Notes: a model not told the origin generated them from the sequence alone. Counted from the stretch's first letter, positions 27,249-36,658 are shown. The stretch is DNA of 64,000 nt from an uncultured euryarchaeote (GCA_937915175.1 CALDNA010000016.1:54956-118955); one strand, 5' to 3'. A program made the numbers and translations.

Positions 27249-28271
27249 ATGACCATGGCGGGGACCTGGACACTGGGCATTGAGTCCACAGCACACACCC
27301 TCTCTTTTGGGTTGGTCGATTCAAAAGGCGCACCCAGCCCAGCAAGTTCCTCGACTGTTCGCCCTGACGAAGGGGGTATTCATCCGCGTCAGGCCGCCGA
27401 TCACCACAAAGATGCGGCTTCGTCGTTGTTTGACAAGCTCCTAGAAACGAACGAAATCACGCCTTCCGACATCGGGGCAATCGCATACTCACAAGGCCCC
27501 GGCCTTGGCCCGTGCCTCAGGGTAGGTGCGGCAATTGCAAGGGGCCTTTCCAGCCGATTAGCAGTGCCTCTGATTGGTGTGAATCATTGCGTCGCACACA
27601 TAGAAATCGGGCGCCAGCAGTGCGGTTGTCAAGACCCCATTTTACTGTACGTATCAGGGGGAAATACGCAAGTGATAGCGCACTTAGACGGGCGTTACCG
27701 GGTGCTCGGCGAAACCCTCGACATCGGCATTGGCAACATGTTGGATAAGTTTGCACGTGGTCAAGGTATCCCTTTTCCTGGCGGTCCCGTGATTGAAAAA
27801 CTTGCATCGGAGTGGCTCGCCGAAAACACAGGTGCCAGCCTTGTTGGACTTGAACTGCCCTTCGCCGTTCGAGGTATGGATTTGGCGTTCTCCGGCGTAA
27901 TGACTGCGGCACAACGCCTATTGGATAATGGAGCCGATTTAGGTGCGGTGTGCTGGTCGCTCCAAGAACATGCATTTGCTGCCTGCGTTGAGATTGCTGA
28001 GCGCGCACTTGCCCACACCGGTAAAACTGAACTGTTGCTTGGTGGTGGCGTAGCCTGCAACACCAGATTGCGCGAAATGTGCACACTGATGGCGGAAGAA
28101 CGCGAAGCAACCTCTCACGCCCCGCCCCGGATGTATTGCATCGATAACGGTTCAATGATTGCTCTTTTGGGCCATATTGAATTGAATCATGGGCGGACGA
28201 CAACCTATGAGCAAAGTGCTGTAGATCAGTACCTTCGAACCGATCAAACACCCGTGACATGGGCGGTTTAA
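27249..28271 (+). CDS. kae1: tRNA N6-adenosine threonylcarbamoyltransferase Kae1 (KEOPS catalytic subunit), not fused to Bud32
   Basis: LGIESTAHTLSFGLV N-terminus, HCVAHIE metal-binding His pair, GGGVACN block. The ORF-track start at 27210 would overlap hutI, so ATG 27249 is preferred. Confidence 0.85.
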   Translation: MTMAGTWTLGIESTAHTLSFGLVDSKGAPSPASSSTVRPDEGGIHPRQAADHHKDAASSLFDKLLETNEITPSDIGAIAYSQGPGLGPCLRVGAAIARGLSSRLAVPLIGVNHCVAHIEIGRQQCGCQDPILLYVSGGNTQVIAHLDGRYRVLGETLDIGIGNMLDKFARGQGIPFPGGPVIEKLASEWLAENTGASLVGLELPFAVRGMDLAFSGVMTAAQRLLDNGADLGAVCWSLQEHAFAACVEIAERALAHTGKTELLLGGGVACNTRLREMCTLMAEEREATSHAPPRMYCIDNGSMIALLGHIELNHGRTTTYEQSAVDQYLRTDQTPVTWAV

Positions 28272-28497
28272 CAGTCCAAAACTACACTCATGGTTTTTAT
28301 ACGGTCACAAGCGGGACAAAGCGGGGGCCACCAACATTAGCGAGCGCAGCGGAAGGAAAAAGCGGGACGAACCGTTCAATCCGTTCGCACCGAATGCTTC
28401 CGCTCAACGCAATAAGCGGCAAACCGATCGCAAAGCCACCGAACGGCGTGCAGCCCCTGTGCGACCCGCAACACCTCAAGCCGAATCCACCGATGGC

Positions 28498-29220
28498 ATG
28501 TCGGAATTGGCCAAAAAACAAAAAGAAGCCATGGAGAGAATGAAGCGACAATCCGGCGGGTCTTCAAAAGCACAACAAACCTCTCCTGGCCCTGATAAGA
28601 GCTCCCCCACAATGACAAACTCCGTAGCACAAAAAGCCCCTGCACAACCGCAGGTGTCCCACGAAGATCGGATGGCCGAACTACGTAGGAAATCTGAGAT
28701 CTCCCGCCAAAATGCCAAGGCCAAAGTCAAGGCAAACTCAGAACCGGCAGCTGAAACAGTAGAGGCTGAACCCGTGACGGTCGCTGATCCCGTGTTGGTC
28801 AGCGTCGAATCCATCGCTCCAACTGCAGTGGCGACTCCCGCCACTTCTAACGCCGATGAAGCGGCTGCAAAAAACGTCTTCAAAAACGTCGTTGTAACGG
28901 TTGCAAAAACATCCAGCGACCGTCGAAGGAAACGCCGACGCCACGACAAAAAAGGTGGCGGCCGACAAAAGCAAGAGAAGAAATTGAACCGTCAAAAGTA
29001 CTTGGAATACAAGTATGCGGCAAGAGATATCTTGGACAACCCGAACATCCCAGAAGAACATCGTTCCAACATCCTTGGACAAGTCTGGGCAAAGGGTGAG
29101 CGAATGGGCGTGGTTGATTCAATGGAATTCATTGATCAGAAGGTCCTCGAAGAGATTCTTCCCGAAGCCGTGGCTCAGCGACTTCGTGATTTAGTCAATA
29201 AAATGACAACAAGAAGGTGA
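28498..29220 (+). CDS. Hypothetical highly basic protein (Lys/Arg-rich centre, conserved C-terminal domain)
   Basis: ATG 28498 is in frame within the ORF-track GTG ORF. Contains RRRKRRRHDKKGGGRQKQEKK and a C-terminal block KYLEYKYAARDILDNPNIPEEHRSNILGQVWAKGERMGVVDSMEF. Confidence 0.45.
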   Translation: MSELAKKQKEAMERMKRQSGGSSKAQQTSPGPDKSSPTMTNSVAQKAPAQPQVSHEDRMAELRRKSEISRQNAKAKVKANSEPAAETVEAEPVTVADPVLVSVESIAPTAVATPATSNADEAAAKNVFKNVVVTVAKTSSDRRRKRRRHDKKGGGRQKQEKKLNRQKYLEYKYAARDILDNPNIPEEHRSNILGQVWAKGERMGVVDSMEFIDQKVLEEILPEAVAQRLRDLVNKMTTRR

Positions 29221-29224
29221 ATAT

Positions 29225-29731
29225 ATGGCAGAAAATACAGTCAGTGAAAACATGGTAGCAAGCGTGCATTATACCGGAACTCTCCCCGAGAATGGTGAAG
29301 TCTTCGACAGCAGCGAGGGACGTGACCCATTGACCTTCCTCGTTGGACATAAGCAAATGATCCCTGGTTTTGAAGACGAAATCATGGGCGCTAAAGTCGG
29401 TGAGCGAAGGGAATTCACCCTGACCTCAGACCGTGCTTATGGAGACCGAGACAAAGATGCAGTGATGGAAATTCCTCGAGAACAATTCAAGCAACTCGAA
29501 GAAGAGTCAAGCCTCGAAGTGGGAATGCAACTGGTCGCCCAAATGCCTCACGGACCATCCCCTTTCACAATTACCAGCCTCACTGATGAGACGGTTACCG
29601 CAGATTTCAACCACGCTTTGGCTGGACAATCGCTTACCTTCTCTGTGGAGGTTGTGGAACTTCGAGAAGCCTCGGAAGAAGAACTGTCTCATGGCCACGT
29701 ACATGGCCCAGACGGTCACGACCACGATTGA
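29225..29731 (+). CDS. FKBP-type peptidyl-prolyl cis-trans isomerase (SlyD-like) with His-rich tail
   Basis: VHYTGTLPENGEVFDSS...FLVGHKQMIPGFEDEIMG is the FKBP core. An inserted-flap region and C-terminal HGHVHGPDGHDHD. Confidence 0.8.
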   Translation: MAENTVSENMVASVHYTGTLPENGEVFDSSEGRDPLTFLVGHKQMIPGFEDEIMGAKVGERREFTLTSDRAYGDRDKDAVMEIPREQFKQLEEESSLEVGMQLVAQMPHGPSPFTITSLTDETVTADFNHALAGQSLTFSVEVVELREASEEELSHGHVHGPDGHDHD

Positions 29732-31374
29732 ACCAAGCGAGTCTTGATGAAGCCCGTCCTCTTGGGCAAGGCATGGTCACTGAACGTAAGGAACAGTGGA
29801 ACACCCTAAGCGGTCTCGATTTGCCGCTGCAAAGCACGCCTGAAACGGTTCGTCAAGCAGGTTCAGAAGAGACCGAATTAGGATCAGCAGGAAGCCCACC
29901 CTACACGCGCGGCATTCACTCCACAATGTATCGGTCGCGCTTGTGGACCATGCGACAATATGCGGGGTTCTCGAGCGCATCAGCCACAAATGAACGCTTC
30001 AAACTCTTGCTGGAACGTGGCCAAAAAGGTCTCTCCGTTGCTTTTGATTTACCAACACAACTTGGCTTAGATGCTGATGATGAAATGTCGTTTGGGGAAG
30101 TTGGAAAGGTTGGCGTATCCATTTCACAACTCGACGACATGAGGGAATTGCTCCAAGGCATTCCGCTGGACAAAGTGAGCACTTCGATGACAATCAACGC
30201 CCCAGCAATGATTCTGCTTGCCATGTACATAGCGGTGGCAGAAGAACAAGGCGTTGCCTCGAACGAAGTTCTCGGAACCATTCAAAATGATATTCTCAAG
30301 GAATACATCGCACGGGGGACATATGTATTCCCACCAAAACAAAGCATGCGCTTGATCACTGACATCTTCGAATACTGCGCGGCTGAAGTTCCACGTTGGA
30401 ATACAATATCAATTTCAGGCTACCATATTCGAGAGGCAGGGTCTACAGCTGTTCAGGAAGTTGCCTTTACGTTGGCGAATGCCTTGGAGTATGTCGATGC
30501 GGCCATTGAATCCGGACTGGATATTGATACATTTGGACCAAGACTTTCGTTCTTTTTCAATTGCCATAATGACTTCTTTGAAGAGGCATCGAAGTTTAGG
30601 GCTGCCCGCACATTATGGTATGAACTGATCAGCGAACGCTACCAACCCAAGAATCCTAAGTCCGCCATGCTGAGGTTTCACACACAGGTGGCAGGCGTGA
30701 GCCTGACTGCACAACAGCCACTTAACAACGTGGCGAGAGTGACCATCCAAGCCTTGGCCGCAGTATGTGGTGGAACGCAAAGCCTCCACACAAATTCATA
30801 CGATGAGGCGCTTGGATTACCTACCGAAAAATCCGCAACGGTCGCCTTACGAACCCAACAAATCATCGCAGAAGAAAGTGGCGCTGCTGATGTCGTGGAC
30901 CCGCTTGGTGGATCGTACCACGTCGAGCAATTGACAAAGCGAATTCATGACGAAGCATTGGCCCAAATAAAGACCATTGAGTCTCTTGGAGGCGCAATGA
31001 AGGCCATTGAACAAGGATGGCAGCAACGTGAAATTCACAACGCAGCCTATGCCCACCTCAACGACGTCGAAGCAGGCTCACGCCTGATCGTTGGCGTCAA
31101 CCATGGTGTAATGGAAGAAACCTCTACAACAGAAGTGTTGAAGCTCGACCCCACAGTTGGTGAAGCCCAGTGTAAAAAACTGGAGGACTTACGAAACCAT
31201 CGAGATGAGCAACAATGTGAAGCGAACCTTGGAAAAATCCGTATTGCTGCTGCAAGCGATGATAACCTCTTCCCACTCGTCATTGAGGCTGTAAAGGCGG
31301 GTTGCACGCTTGGTGAGATTATGCAAGCCATGAAAGATGTGTTCGGCACATGGATGGCACCGAGTGGATTTTGA
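29728..31374 (+). CDS. mcmA: Methylmalonyl-CoA mutase, large (catalytic, TIM-barrel) subunit
   Basis: About 550 aa, similar to the MCM substrate-binding domain (AGFSSASATNERFKLLLERGQKGLSVAFDLPTQLG). No B12-binding DxHxxG domain in this ORF. 4-nt overlap with the FKBP gene. Confidence 0.85.
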   Translation: MNQASLDEARPLGQGMVTERKEQWNTLSGLDLPLQSTPETVRQAGSEETELGSAGSPPYTRGIHSTMYRSRLWTMRQYAGFSSASATNERFKLLLERGQKGLSVAFDLPTQLGLDADDEMSFGEVGKVGVSISQLDDMRELLQGIPLDKVSTSMTINAPAMILLAMYIAVAEEQGVASNEVLGTIQNDILKEYIARGTYVFPPKQSMRLITDIFEYCAAEVPRWNTISISGYHIREAGSTAVQEVAFTLANALEYVDAAIESGLDIDTFGPRLSFFFNCHNDFFEEASKFRAARTLWYELISERYQPKNPKSAMLRFHTQVAGVSLTAQQPLNNVARVTIQALAAVCGGTQSLHTNSYDEALGLPTEKSATVALRTQQIIAEESGAADVVDPLGGSYHVEQLTKRIHDEALAQIKTIESLGGAMKAIEQGWQQREIHNAAYAHLNDVEAGSRLIVGVNHGVMEETSTTEVLKLDPTVGEAQCKKLEDLRNHRDEQQCEANLGKIRIAAASDDNLFPLVIEAVKAGCTLGEIMQAMKDVFGTWMAPSGF

Positions 31375-31383
31375 GGGGATGCT

Positions 31384-31824
31384 ATGAAGTTTGGACCCAT
31401 TCACATTGACCACATCGGTATTGCGACAGCACAACTCGATGGTGCATCTGAGTTTTGGAATCTCCTTGGTCTTAAACAAGCAGATCAGGATGAAACCGTC
31501 GTAGATCAAGGTGTCACGACTCGCTTTTTTTCAACATCGGAGGAACCTGAGAATTCCAGCGCTCATCCGCCGATGGTGGAACTGCTAGAACCCACTTCTG
31601 AAGACACCCCAATTGGTCGATTTCTAGCCAAGAGAGGACCCGGCGTACAGCAAATCTGTTTCCGCGTGGGTGATTTACTCGGGCTCATTCAACACCTCAA
31701 AGACAACGGTGTCGTGATGATCGATGAGAAGCCGAGGATGGGTGCCGGTGGCAAGCAAATCGCCTTTGTCCATCCAAAGTCAACAGGTGGCGTTCTCGTC
31801 GAGTTGACAGAATCACCTCGTTGA
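31384..31824 (+). CDS. mce: Methylmalonyl-CoA epimerase (glyoxalase/VOC family)
   Basis: HIDHIGIATAQLD N-terminal VOC metal motif, about 145 aa, directly follows the mutase. Confidence 0.8.
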   Translation: MKFGPIHIDHIGIATAQLDGASEFWNLLGLKQADQDETVVDQGVTTRFFSTSEEPENSSAHPPMVELLEPTSEDTPIGRFLAKRGPGVQQICFRVGDLLGLIQHLKDNGVVMIDEKPRMGAGGKQIAFVHPKSTGGVLVELTESPR

Positions 31825-32189
31825 AGGGTATTCCATCAACTCAAAGGGTAACCATCATAATCGAGCGCATCAAGGTGGTTTTCATGCGCACATGTGTTGA
31901 CACATTGATTGCCTTAGCCCATGTTGACGGGCCTCGCGTCCGAAAGGAAGCACAATACATCGCTGATCGACTTGATGTTCTTCGACAATCCGGCGCAATT
32001 TCGAACGATGCCTACCTCGACGCAGGTGCGATTCAGGGTGCATTCAACATGATCGGAAACCTTGTAGAAATGGGTGTTTCACAAAAAGAAATCTTTGGAC
32101 AATTGAAGCAGCAACTCATTCGAGCGTGCCATATTGAAGAGAAACACCCTGGCCTTGACTCCGCAGTTGAATCCGGTAGAGCTTCGTGA
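31821..32189 (+). CDS. Hypothetical protein (weak TerB-like helical domain)
   Basis: ALAHVDGPRVRKEAQYIADRL resembles the TerB-type LA.aDG...E motif. No B12-binding signature, so this is not the MCM small subunit. Confidence 0.35.
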   Translation: MKGIPSTQRVTIIIERIKVVFMRTCVDTLIALAHVDGPRVRKEAQYIADRLDVLRQSGAISNDAYLDAGAIQGAFNMIGNLVEMGVSQKEIFGQLKQQLIRACHIEEKHPGLDSAVESGRAS

Positions 32190-32199
32190 GGTGGAGAAC

Positions 32200-33033
32200 A
32201 TGCAACCCCTGTTAACGCTGACCAGTGTGTCGAAATCTTTTGGCGATTTGCAAGCGCTTGACAGTGTAGACCTCAACATCAATGCAGGCGAAGTCGTAGG
32301 CCTCGTAGGCAGCAATGGTGCTGGGAAAACCACCCTCCTGCGGCTTATGGCTGGTGTCTATACGCCGACATCTGGAACTGTGTTGCTCGCAGACGGTAAT
32401 CCAGTCAGCAAAATGCGACAATCCCTCGGCGTGGTCCCTGAGTCTACGGGACTCTACTCTCGGCTCACTGCATGGGAAAACATACGTTACCACTCAAGAA
32501 TGCACGGCATTTCTGACAAAGATGCATGGGCCCGTACGGCCAAATTTGCTCAACATCTCGACATGGTCGACAGTTTAGGCCGTCACACCAAGGGATTTAG
32601 CCGTGGTATGCGTCAAAAGACTGCGTTGCTGCGAGCCTTGGCCCACGGCCCGTCAATTCTTTTACTCGACGAACCGACTGCTGGTTTAGACATAACAAGC
32701 GCACGGACCGTACGAAAGTTGGTTCATCAGTTAAAAAATGAAGGTGGAACCGTAATTTATTCGACCCACCAGTTAGCTGAAGCCGAACAAGTATGTGATC
32801 GCATCGTAATTGTTCACAACGGAGAAGTTCGTGCTGATGGATCTCCGGAAGACCTCCTCAAATCAACCAATTCCACTTCGTTAGAAGAAGCCTATGTGGC
32901 TCTCACCAAAGATACGGCAAGGCAACGGCAAGAAGATGACCAGAAGGAAGGGCGATTCACAGGCATGTGGCGGTCGTTCTTCACACCTAAACCGCCTTCA
33001 ACACCTGCACTGGAGGTGGAAGAAGATGAGTGA
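32200..33033 (+). CDS. ABC transporter ATP-binding protein (ABC-2 exporter type)
   Basis: Walker A GSNGAGKTT, signature-like region, Walker B ILLLDEPTAGLD, H-loop. Start chosen at MQPLLTLTSV. Confidence 0.8.
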   Translation: MQPLLTLTSVSKSFGDLQALDSVDLNINAGEVVGLVGSNGAGKTTLLRLMAGVYTPTSGTVLLADGNPVSKMRQSLGVVPESTGLYSRLTAWENIRYHSRMHGISDKDAWARTAKFAQHLDMVDSLGRHTKGFSRGMRQKTALLRALAHGPSILLLDEPTAGLDITSARTVRKLVHQLKNEGGTVIYSTHQLAEAEQVCDRIVIVHNGEVRADGSPEDLLKSTNSTSLEEAYVALTKDTARQRQEDDQKEGRFTGMWRSFFTPKPPSTPALEVEEDE

Positions 33034-34246
33034 GTTAGCAACCTATCGCATCAAAGCAATTGCGAAAAAGGAATTGGTGGAATTTGTTCGCGACTGGCGG
33101 ACCATCATGGCCATCATTGTCATCCCCCTGTTGATGTTCCCATTGCTGTTCATACTCTTCCCTGTGCTTTTGGAATCCGAAGCGGCTGAGTTGGATGCTC
33201 TTGAGTTAACGGTCATCGTCCAAACAGATTTGATGGAACCAAGCCTTGAGCAAGCGATCAATAATGTAAGCATACGAGTCGTCTATGAAGCGTTGCCAAA
33301 CCTCACGGTGCTCTCCGAACCTGGTGAAGATTTAGAACGCGTACGAAACTTATCTGTTGATGCTGTTCTAAGGTTTGAGCAGGAGAATTCAACATGGAAC
33401 TATGCCATTTTACACCTTTCGACTTCAGAGCGCTCCAATGAGGCTTGGAACAGGTTGCTGGACGCCCTAGGCACATGGGAGTCCGAAGAAGTTGAACGAA
33501 GAATTGTAGATTCAGGGCTCGATGTCAACACAACCCTTGATCCGTTGCGTTGGGATGGTGACGTAAGCCAGAGCGATGTGGCAACCAGTGGAGAACAGGC
33601 AGGCATGCTTCTGTCCCTGTTTATCCCGTTGGTGCTGGCCATTTGGACCTACTCCAGCGCGCTGCAGCCTTCCATTGATATGACTGCTGGAGAGCGAGAG
33701 AGAGGTACACTGGAAGCCCTCCTCTGCCTGCCATGCACCAGAATGGAATTGTTGCTTGGTAAATGGGTCGCTGTTGCCACAATTACCGGCGTGGGCGTGG
33801 TGTTACAGATTTGTGGACTGTTGTTTGCTATTGGTTATCTTGCTTCATCCAGCGTAATTGGCTTGCCTGAACTTTCCATCATGACCGTGGCATTGATTGT
33901 TGCAGCAATTCTGCTGTTTGCAATCATGGTGGTTGCCATTGAACTGGCTTTAGCCATGCGCTCACACAGCGTCAAAGAGGCAGGATCCATTTTGGCACCA
34001 ATGCTGTTGCTGATCGTTTTCCCAGCGTTGTTCACACAAGTCATCAACCTCGACGGCATTGAGTCATTTTGGTTTGCAATACCAGTGGTGAACATCCTCC
34101 TGGCATTGCGCGAATTGTTGATGAATCGAATCATCACGGAACACATCATCATTTGGGCGGGCACAAGCATCGTCTATGCAGGATTAGCAGCCTACTATGC
34201 AAGCAGGCAGTTTAACCGAGAAGACATTGTTACGAGTCTCTCGTAA
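33026..34246 (+). CDS. ABC-2 family transporter permease
   Basis: Start at MSELATYRIKAIAKKEL overlaps the ATPase stop. One N-terminal TM, a large extracytoplasmic loop, then five C-terminal TM helices typical of ABC-2 permeases. Confidence 0.75.
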   Translation: MSELATYRIKAIAKKELVEFVRDWRTIMAIIVIPLLMFPLLFILFPVLLESEAAELDALELTVIVQTDLMEPSLEQAINNVSIRVVYEALPNLTVLSEPGEDLERVRNLSVDAVLRFEQENSTWNYAILHLSTSERSNEAWNRLLDALGTWESEEVERRIVDSGLDVNTTLDPLRWDGDVSQSDVATSGEQAGMLLSLFIPLVLAIWTYSSALQPSIDMTAGERERGTLEALLCLPCTRMELLLGKWVAVATITGVGVVLQICGLLFAIGYLASSSVIGLPELSIMTVALIVAAILLFAIMVVAIELALAMRSHSVKEAGSILAPMLLLIVFPALFTQVINLDGIESFWFAIPVVNILLALRELLMNRIITEHIIIWAGTSIVYAGLAAYYASRQFNREDIVTSLS

Positions 34247-35752
34247 TCAGGCAGAGAACGCTACAAAAGAATCCCTAACCACATCGATGATGAGGTCAAT
34301 TTCTTCGGAAGTGATGGAAAAGTGCGGGGTAAATCGTAGCGCATTGGTTCCACCATGAATGACGCCCAATCCGTGGCGGCGGCACCAGGGTTCAACGGCG
34401 TCAAACCCAACGACAGGAAACTGTTCTGGCACAAGTTCGGCACTAAGAAGTAGCCCTGTCCCCTGCACCTTCGTAATAATACCAGGCATTTCTTCACCAA
34501 GAGCAATGAGCTTCTCGACAAATTCGTCACCACGATCTTTGATGTTTGCACGCAAATCAGGAGTCATGCTATCAAGCACAGCGCAGGCAGTTTCGAGCGC
34601 TCTTGGATTTGTTGTCATCGTGTTGCCATAGATTCCAACCACGTAGTTGTCTGCAGCCCGTTCGTTCATTCCGAGAACGGAGAGTGGAAACTGGCCGGCG
34701 TTTAGTGCCTTTGACCATGTCTCGAGGTCAGGCACCTCTGCATCTTGGAATCCATCATAATCAATAATCGATAAGCATCCTTGCCCGCGAATGCCTGCTT
34801 GGATTGAATCAACCAACAGCATCGAGCCGTGTTCGAGGGTAAGCCGGCGAGCCGCATCGTAAAAATCACGCTCAACACAAGCACCGGGATTGCCTTCGCC
34901 TTGAACCGGCTCAATGGCCATCAGTTCGATGAACCAATTTTCATCTTCTGCGCGTTGGAACATTGCTTCAAGGGAAGCGATATCATTTGCAGGGACAAGA
35001 AGCAAATTATCTCGGTCTCTAAAGGTCGCTAGATTTTTGTCATACGAGCGCATGCAGGAATGAGAGATTTGGGCTGGTCGGTCTGTGCGACCATGGAACG
35101 CTTTTTCGATTGCAAGGAGTTTGATTTCTTTTCCTTCATGCTTCCCACCAGGGCCTGTGTGAGTGCGTGCGTTGACGTCAGCGATACGAAGACTGACCGT
35201 TACGGATTCTGAACCACTGTTCATGCAAATGAATTTGGTAAACGGGCATGAACCCCGAGTGTGGCCAAGTTCCCGTTGGAGACGTTCAGCAAGGCGTTTC
35301 TGACTGAATGAAGGCGTCATAACGTTCGCCATGACCCAGTTTCCAGACATGGCTTCTATGACAGACTCAGGTCCATGCCCTGCACCAAGCATACCGTAGC
35401 CACCGTTGTCGTGCAACACAGCACCGTAAGCGGTCACAATCCATGGCCCACGTCCAGCAAGGGCGATGTACGGATTCACAGTAGCGGGCGCGTAGAAGTT
35501 TACGAAATCATGTTGCAGAACTTTAACCAGGTCTGCTTCTTTGTGTTGAAGGGTCTCAAGGCCAAATTCAGATACGACCTCGTCAAACCGTGCTGTCGCT
35601 TCGCCGATGGCTTGCGTGAGCTTGGGATCGAGTTCACAAAAACGGGCAATGACTTCATCAGTCAGCCCTATTGTGTCCATGTCACCCGTATTCAGACGGA
35701 TGTTGTGCAGGTGCTCAAGAGCCTCATGAGGTTGCAACTTCGCTGTCATCAA
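34247..35752 (-). CDS. Class-III (PLP-dependent) aminotransferase, acetylornithine/ornithine aminotransferase-like
   Basis: GSESVT, DSIQAGIRGQG (DEVQTGfGRtG-type) and the PLP-lysine region SKALNAGQFPLS. 501 aa. Confidence 0.8.
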   Translation of the reverse strand: MMTAKLQPHEALEHLHNIRLNTGDMDTIGLTDEVIARFCELDPKLTQAIGEATARFDEVVSEFGLETLQHKEADLVKVLQHDFVNFYAPATVNPYIALAGRGPWIVTAYGAVLHDNGGYGMLGAGHGPESVIEAMSGNWVMANVMTPSFSQKRLAERLQRELGHTRGSCPFTKFICMNSGSESVTVSLRIADVNARTHTGPGGKHEGKEIKLLAIEKAFHGRTDRPAQISHSCMRSYDKNLATFRDRDNLLLVPANDIASLEAMFQRAEDENWFIELMAIEPVQGEGNPGACVERDFYDAARRLTLEHGSMLLVDSIQAGIRGQGCLSIIDYDGFQDAEVPDLETWSKALNAGQFPLSVLGMNERAADNYVVGIYGNTMTTNPRALETACAVLDSMTPDLRANIKDRGDEFVEKLIALGEEMPGIITKVQGTGLLLSAELVPEQFPVVGFDAVEPWCRRHGLGVIHGGTNALRFTPHFSITSEEIDLIIDVVRDSFVAFSA

Positions 35753-35857
35753 TGTGCTGTCCCATACGGGATGCCTTGAACATTCGCTTGTCCAAGCATG
35801 GCAGGGACCCTTCTGTAATGCTTAGCAGAACATTCCATTTTTGATGAAATAATACCT

Positions 35858-35878
35858 GAGTAATACTGGAGTAATACT
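35858..35878. promoter_or_regulatory. Two copies of GAGTAATACT spaced 11 bp centre to centre, each an internal palindrome AGTA-a-TACT; candidate operator overlapping an A/T-rich TATA-like element
   Basis: Seen directly at 35858-35867 and 35869-35878. TTTGATGAAATAATA lies just upstream (35840-35855). About 30 nt upstream of the RHH gene start. Confidence 0.45.
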
Positions 35879-35905
35879 TAAAGAGGGCGCATCTAAGCGC
35901 CATTC

Positions 35906-36076
35906 ATGCCCAAAATATCTCTGGACATGCCAGCGGAGTTGGTTGAAGATTTACGAAAGCACGTGGGCGATGACCACAAGTTCGTAAGTTTGGCTGATGC
36001 AGTTCGCACAGCTTGCCGTAAACTCCTCGACCAGTTGGATGAGATTGATGCACGACACGGGCGCCAGGTGGAATGA
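35906..36076 (+). CDS. Ribbon-helix-helix (CopG/Arc-like) small DNA-binding protein, 56 aa (absent from ORF track)
   Basis: ATG 35906 to TGA 36074-36076 translates to MPKISLDMPAELVEDLRKHVGDDHKFVSLADAVRTACRKLLDQLDEIDARHGRQVE. This has an N-terminal beta-strand (ISLDMPAELVEDL) then two helices, the RHH pattern. Ends 3 nt before folE. Confidence 0.5.
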   Translation: MPKISLDMPAELVEDLRKHVGDDHKFVSLADAVRTACRKLLDQLDEIDARHGRQVE

Positions 36077-36079
36077 AAC

Positions 36080-36649
36080 ATGGTAACACGAACAGAAGCA
36101 GAAAAGGCCGTATTGACCCTCTTGGGATACTTGGAAGACGATCCACAACGCGAAGGGTTGACCAAGACACCACAGCGTGTCATCGATTCTTGGGACGAAT
36201 TGTTTGCAGGTTACAAATTAAATGCCGCAGATCTACTCGATTCGACCTTTAACGGCGAGGGTTACGACGGCATTGTGTTGTTGCGTGACATTGAATTCCA
36301 CTCAACCTGTGAGCACCATCTTCAACCGTTCAATGGACGCGCCCACATTGCATACATTCCCGTTGAACGAATTGTTGGGATCAGTAAATTGGCTCGCATT
36401 ATTGATTTGCATGCTCGTCGCCTTCAAAACCAGGAGCGAATTACAAAGGGCATTGCTGATGATTTGGAGAAGCATTTGGCACCGCTTGGTGCCGCTGTCA
36501 TCATCGAAGCGTCCCATGGATGCATGCGCTGCCGAGGTGTGAAAAAGCAAAATTCAGTGATGACAACCTCCGCCATGCGGGGCGTGTTCTTCGAACGACC
36601 TGAAGCGCGTCAAGAACTCATGCAGTTGATTCAAGCCCGCCCTTTGTGA
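36080..36649 (+). CDS. folE: GTP cyclohydrolase I
   Basis: FHSTCEHHLQPF (CEHH zinc motif) and SHGCMRCRGV block. Confidence 0.85.
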   Translation: MVTRTEAEKAVLTLLGYLEDDPQREGLTKTPQRVIDSWDELFAGYKLNAADLLDSTFNGEGYDGIVLLRDIEFHSTCEHHLQPFNGRAHIAYIPVERIVGISKLARIIDLHARRLQNQERITKGIADDLEKHLAPLGAAVIIEASHGCMRCRGVKKQNSVMTTSAMRGVFFERPEARQELMQLIQARPL

Positions 36650-36658
36650 AGTGAGTCA

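Noticed and set aside
27517-28260. 247-aa minus-strand ORF spanning most of kae1
   Set aside because: It is antisense to a strongly supported Kae1 gene, and its translation is Arg/Cys/Gln-rich with no protein-like pattern.
31821-32189. Candidate B12-binding small subunit of methylmalonyl-CoA mutase
   Set aside because: No DxHxxG / GxxxV cobalamin-binding motif. The sequence looks like an unrelated helical protein.
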